Origin: a virus
Direction: 5' to 3' (one strand)
Virus record (IMG/VR): IMGVR_UViG_3300017748_000001
Location: 62,998-126,997 of that record
DNA length: 64,000 nt
Below are positions 63,385-64,000 of the stretch, in pieces. The notes under the pieces were generated by a model that did not search any database, was not told the DNA's origin, and saw nothing but the letters and a program-made list of their open reading frames with translations. Made by a program: the position numbers and the translations under genes. Within the stretch, counting starts at the first letter, position 1; every line of letters starts with the position of its first letter.

Positions 63385-63920
63385 TCTTCCGCCTTTATAA
63401 CATATTCTGATTCTAAGAGTTCATTCAACCTAGTTGTAGTAGTTATCCAATCATCGTTGCCTAACTTATCCCCACCTTGTTGAATAGAAAAGTACTTTCT
63501 ACCTTTTATTAATTTTCTGAACGTCTCTTTAGAAAAGAGTCTGATAGAGTCTTCGTGGGGTTTTGGATTGACTCCGACAAAACACAACCATTCCCAATCC
63601 TTTCCGGCCGAAACATGATTCATCATCCATGAATATGCACGAATCGGGCCTCTGTTCTTTCGGTTTTCTTTCGTCGCAAGAGAGAATTTACATTCCACCT
63701 TCACTCCGTTCACAAGCATATCATGGCCCGGATTTAATGGCTTCTCAACTTCACATCCAATCTCAGAGAAATATCGCCGCAAAATTTCTTCTCCTTTAGC
63801 GCCCTTTTCTTTGCTGGTTAGCAGATAATGCTCCTCGTAGGGAGTTCCGATCCACGGATTGACTACCTTCTCCTTTTTGTCGTAGACAAAACTTGCACAT
63901 TCGTCCAGTAAACTATCCAT
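63363..63920 (-). CDS. Putative type II restriction endonuclease-like PD-(D/E)xK protein
   Basis: KGAKGEEIL helix, GHDMLVNGVKVECKFS (D..ExK); overlaps the MTase start. Confidence 0.6.
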   Translation of the reverse strand: MDSLLDECASFVYDKKEKVVNPWIGTPYEEHYLLTSKEKGAKGEEILRRYFSEIGCEVEKPLNPGHDMLVNGVKVECKFSLATKENRKNRGPIRAYSWMMNHVSAGKDWEWLCFVGVNPKPHEDSIRLFSKETFRKLIKGRKYFSIQQGGDKLGNDDWITTTTRLNELLESEYVIKAEEWKEIYA

Positions 63921-63932
63921 ACTTTTCTCCAA
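63909..63932. repeat. 24-bp direct repeat, copy 2
   Basis: Identical to 62632-62655, 1277 bp apart. Confidence 0.95.
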
Positions 63933-64000
63933 CTTTCAACAACGCGACAGCCTTTGTCGCTCGATCCAATGTATCTATTCGTTCCTTTTCGAAAAGACGC
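63913..64000 (-). CDS. 3' end of an upstream gene (partial)
   Basis: ...RLFEKERIDTLDRATKAVALLKVGEKYG*, with the stop inside the repeat. Confidence 0.5.
   Translation of the reverse strand, partial: RLFEKERIDTLDRATKAVALLKVGEKYG

Noticed and set aside
1-64000. Introns, inteins, integrase, rRNA
   Set aside because: No interrupted core genes, intein termini, tyrosine/serine recombinase motifs or rRNA-like sequence were seen by eye.

Overview
The window is 64 kb of a large, AT-rich T4-like (Tevenvirinae/Kyanoviridae-type architecture) myovirus genome. The host is probably a marine Proteobacterium, inferred from CYP153, enterobacterial-type GuaC, a YcfJ-like glycine zipper, sigma70 promoters and Pho boxes. 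1-32.6 kb (minus strand) is a late virion block: three tandem paralogous unknown proteins, a fibre plus fibre-cap pair, a DUF4815/VrlC-like protein and baseplate genes 8, 7, 6, 25, 5, 27-like, 53, 48. 32.7-39.9 kb (plus strand) is a late block: gp4, a complete CYP153-type cytochrome P450 with its own late promoter, gp2, gp54, gp26, gp51 (no start codon ahead of its conserved N-terminus, reachable by a -1 frameshift) and a gp29-like protein. 39.9-64 kb (minus strand) holds tRNAs (Ser, Asp, Tyr, Thr, Gly), gp32, gp59, gp33, SleB, an exonuclease, PhoH, lipase, peptide deformylase, an M15 endolysin, a second fibre module, guaC, many small ORFs and a direct-repeat-flanked nuclease/methyltransferase cassette. 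Best leads: the late phage P450; a gp26-gp51 programmed frameshift; a 167-nt tmRNA-TLD-like RNA and a second structured RNA in the tRNA operon; a 14-aa 8-Cys micropeptide; and tandem Pho boxes ahead of a 27-aa hydrophobic peptide. All family assignments come from motif recognition by eye; no database searches were run.
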